Notes under the pieces: generated by a model
What the model saw: the letters and a program-made list of their open reading frames with translations, nothing else
Told to the model about the DNA's origin: nothing
The model's database searches: none
Part shown: one piece after another, positions 63,824 to 64,000 of the stretch
How the letters are laid out: each line of letters begins with the position of its first letter
Position numbering within the stretch: the stretch's first letter is position 1
Made by a program: the position numbers and the translations under genes
NCBI GenBank assembly: GCA_017463485.1
Contig: JAFTPD010000002.1
Span: forward strand, 193,870 to 257,869
Source: Clostridia bacterium
Lineage (GTDB): Bacteria; Bacillota; Clostridia; Oscillospirales; CAG-272
DNA length: 64,000 nucleotides
Direction of reading: 5' to 3'

Positions 63824-64000
63824 TTATTTAAGTCCCAGCAATCTGAGGATAAGCGCCATACGAATATATTTTCCGTTTTTCGCCTGACGGAAGTATGCAG
63901 CACGCTCGTCCTTATCCACCGTATTTGCGATCTCGTTCACACGCGGCAGCGGATGCAACACTCGCATATCCGCCTTCGCGCTTGCAAGCTTTTCGGGCGT
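63824..64000 (-). CDS. pyrB: Aspartate carbamoyltransferase catalytic subunit, C-terminal fragment (5' end outside window)
   Basis: The minus frame reads ...[47 protein letters not shown]. The HPLPR motif is present and the stop is at 63824-63826. Confidence 0.85.
   Translation of the reverse strand, partial: TPEKLASAKADMRVLHPLPRVNEIANTVDKDERAAYFRQAKNGKYIRMALILRLLGLK

Overview
This 64-kb window looks like core chromosome of an endospore-forming Firmicute (class Clostridia by gene content and order; no closer assignment attempted). It is densely coded, with about 68 protein genes. These are the tail of the spoIIIA operon (AB-AH), cotJABC, split transketolase, nth, pncB, glyQS-tyrS, a Phe T-box leader with pheST, fhs, tsaEB, rpiB, ispDF, rpe, hisS, radA, malQ, polA, gdhA, a shikimate operon (aroB-aroA-aroC-aroE/K-aroQ), holB, ricT/yaaT, a clostridial ferredoxin, two tRNA-modification genes, a ten-gene his operon (hisZGDCBHAFIE), recR-ybaB-dnaX preceded by a large-type SRP RNA, uvrB-orf-uvrA, eno, and pyrI plus the pyrB 3' end. 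I found no CRISPR array, transposase, integrase, phage gene, toxin-antitoxin pair or recognisable defence system, so I do not claim a novel system. The most unusual items are modest. Two uncharacterised genes sit inside the shikimate operon. A compositionally atypical membrane-tethered XRE regulator has repeated GGTTGACC-type sites over its own promoter. An unexplained nested-palindrome element lies downstream of spoIIIAH. Lineage-specific extensions occur on CotJB and RicT, and a membrane-protein gene is wedged between uvrB and uvrA. The very long ORFs antisense to the aaRS genes are codon-register artefacts, not genes. All coordinates, starts and motifs were derived by hand from the sequence and ORF track. 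Product names rest on remembered family motifs, not on searches.
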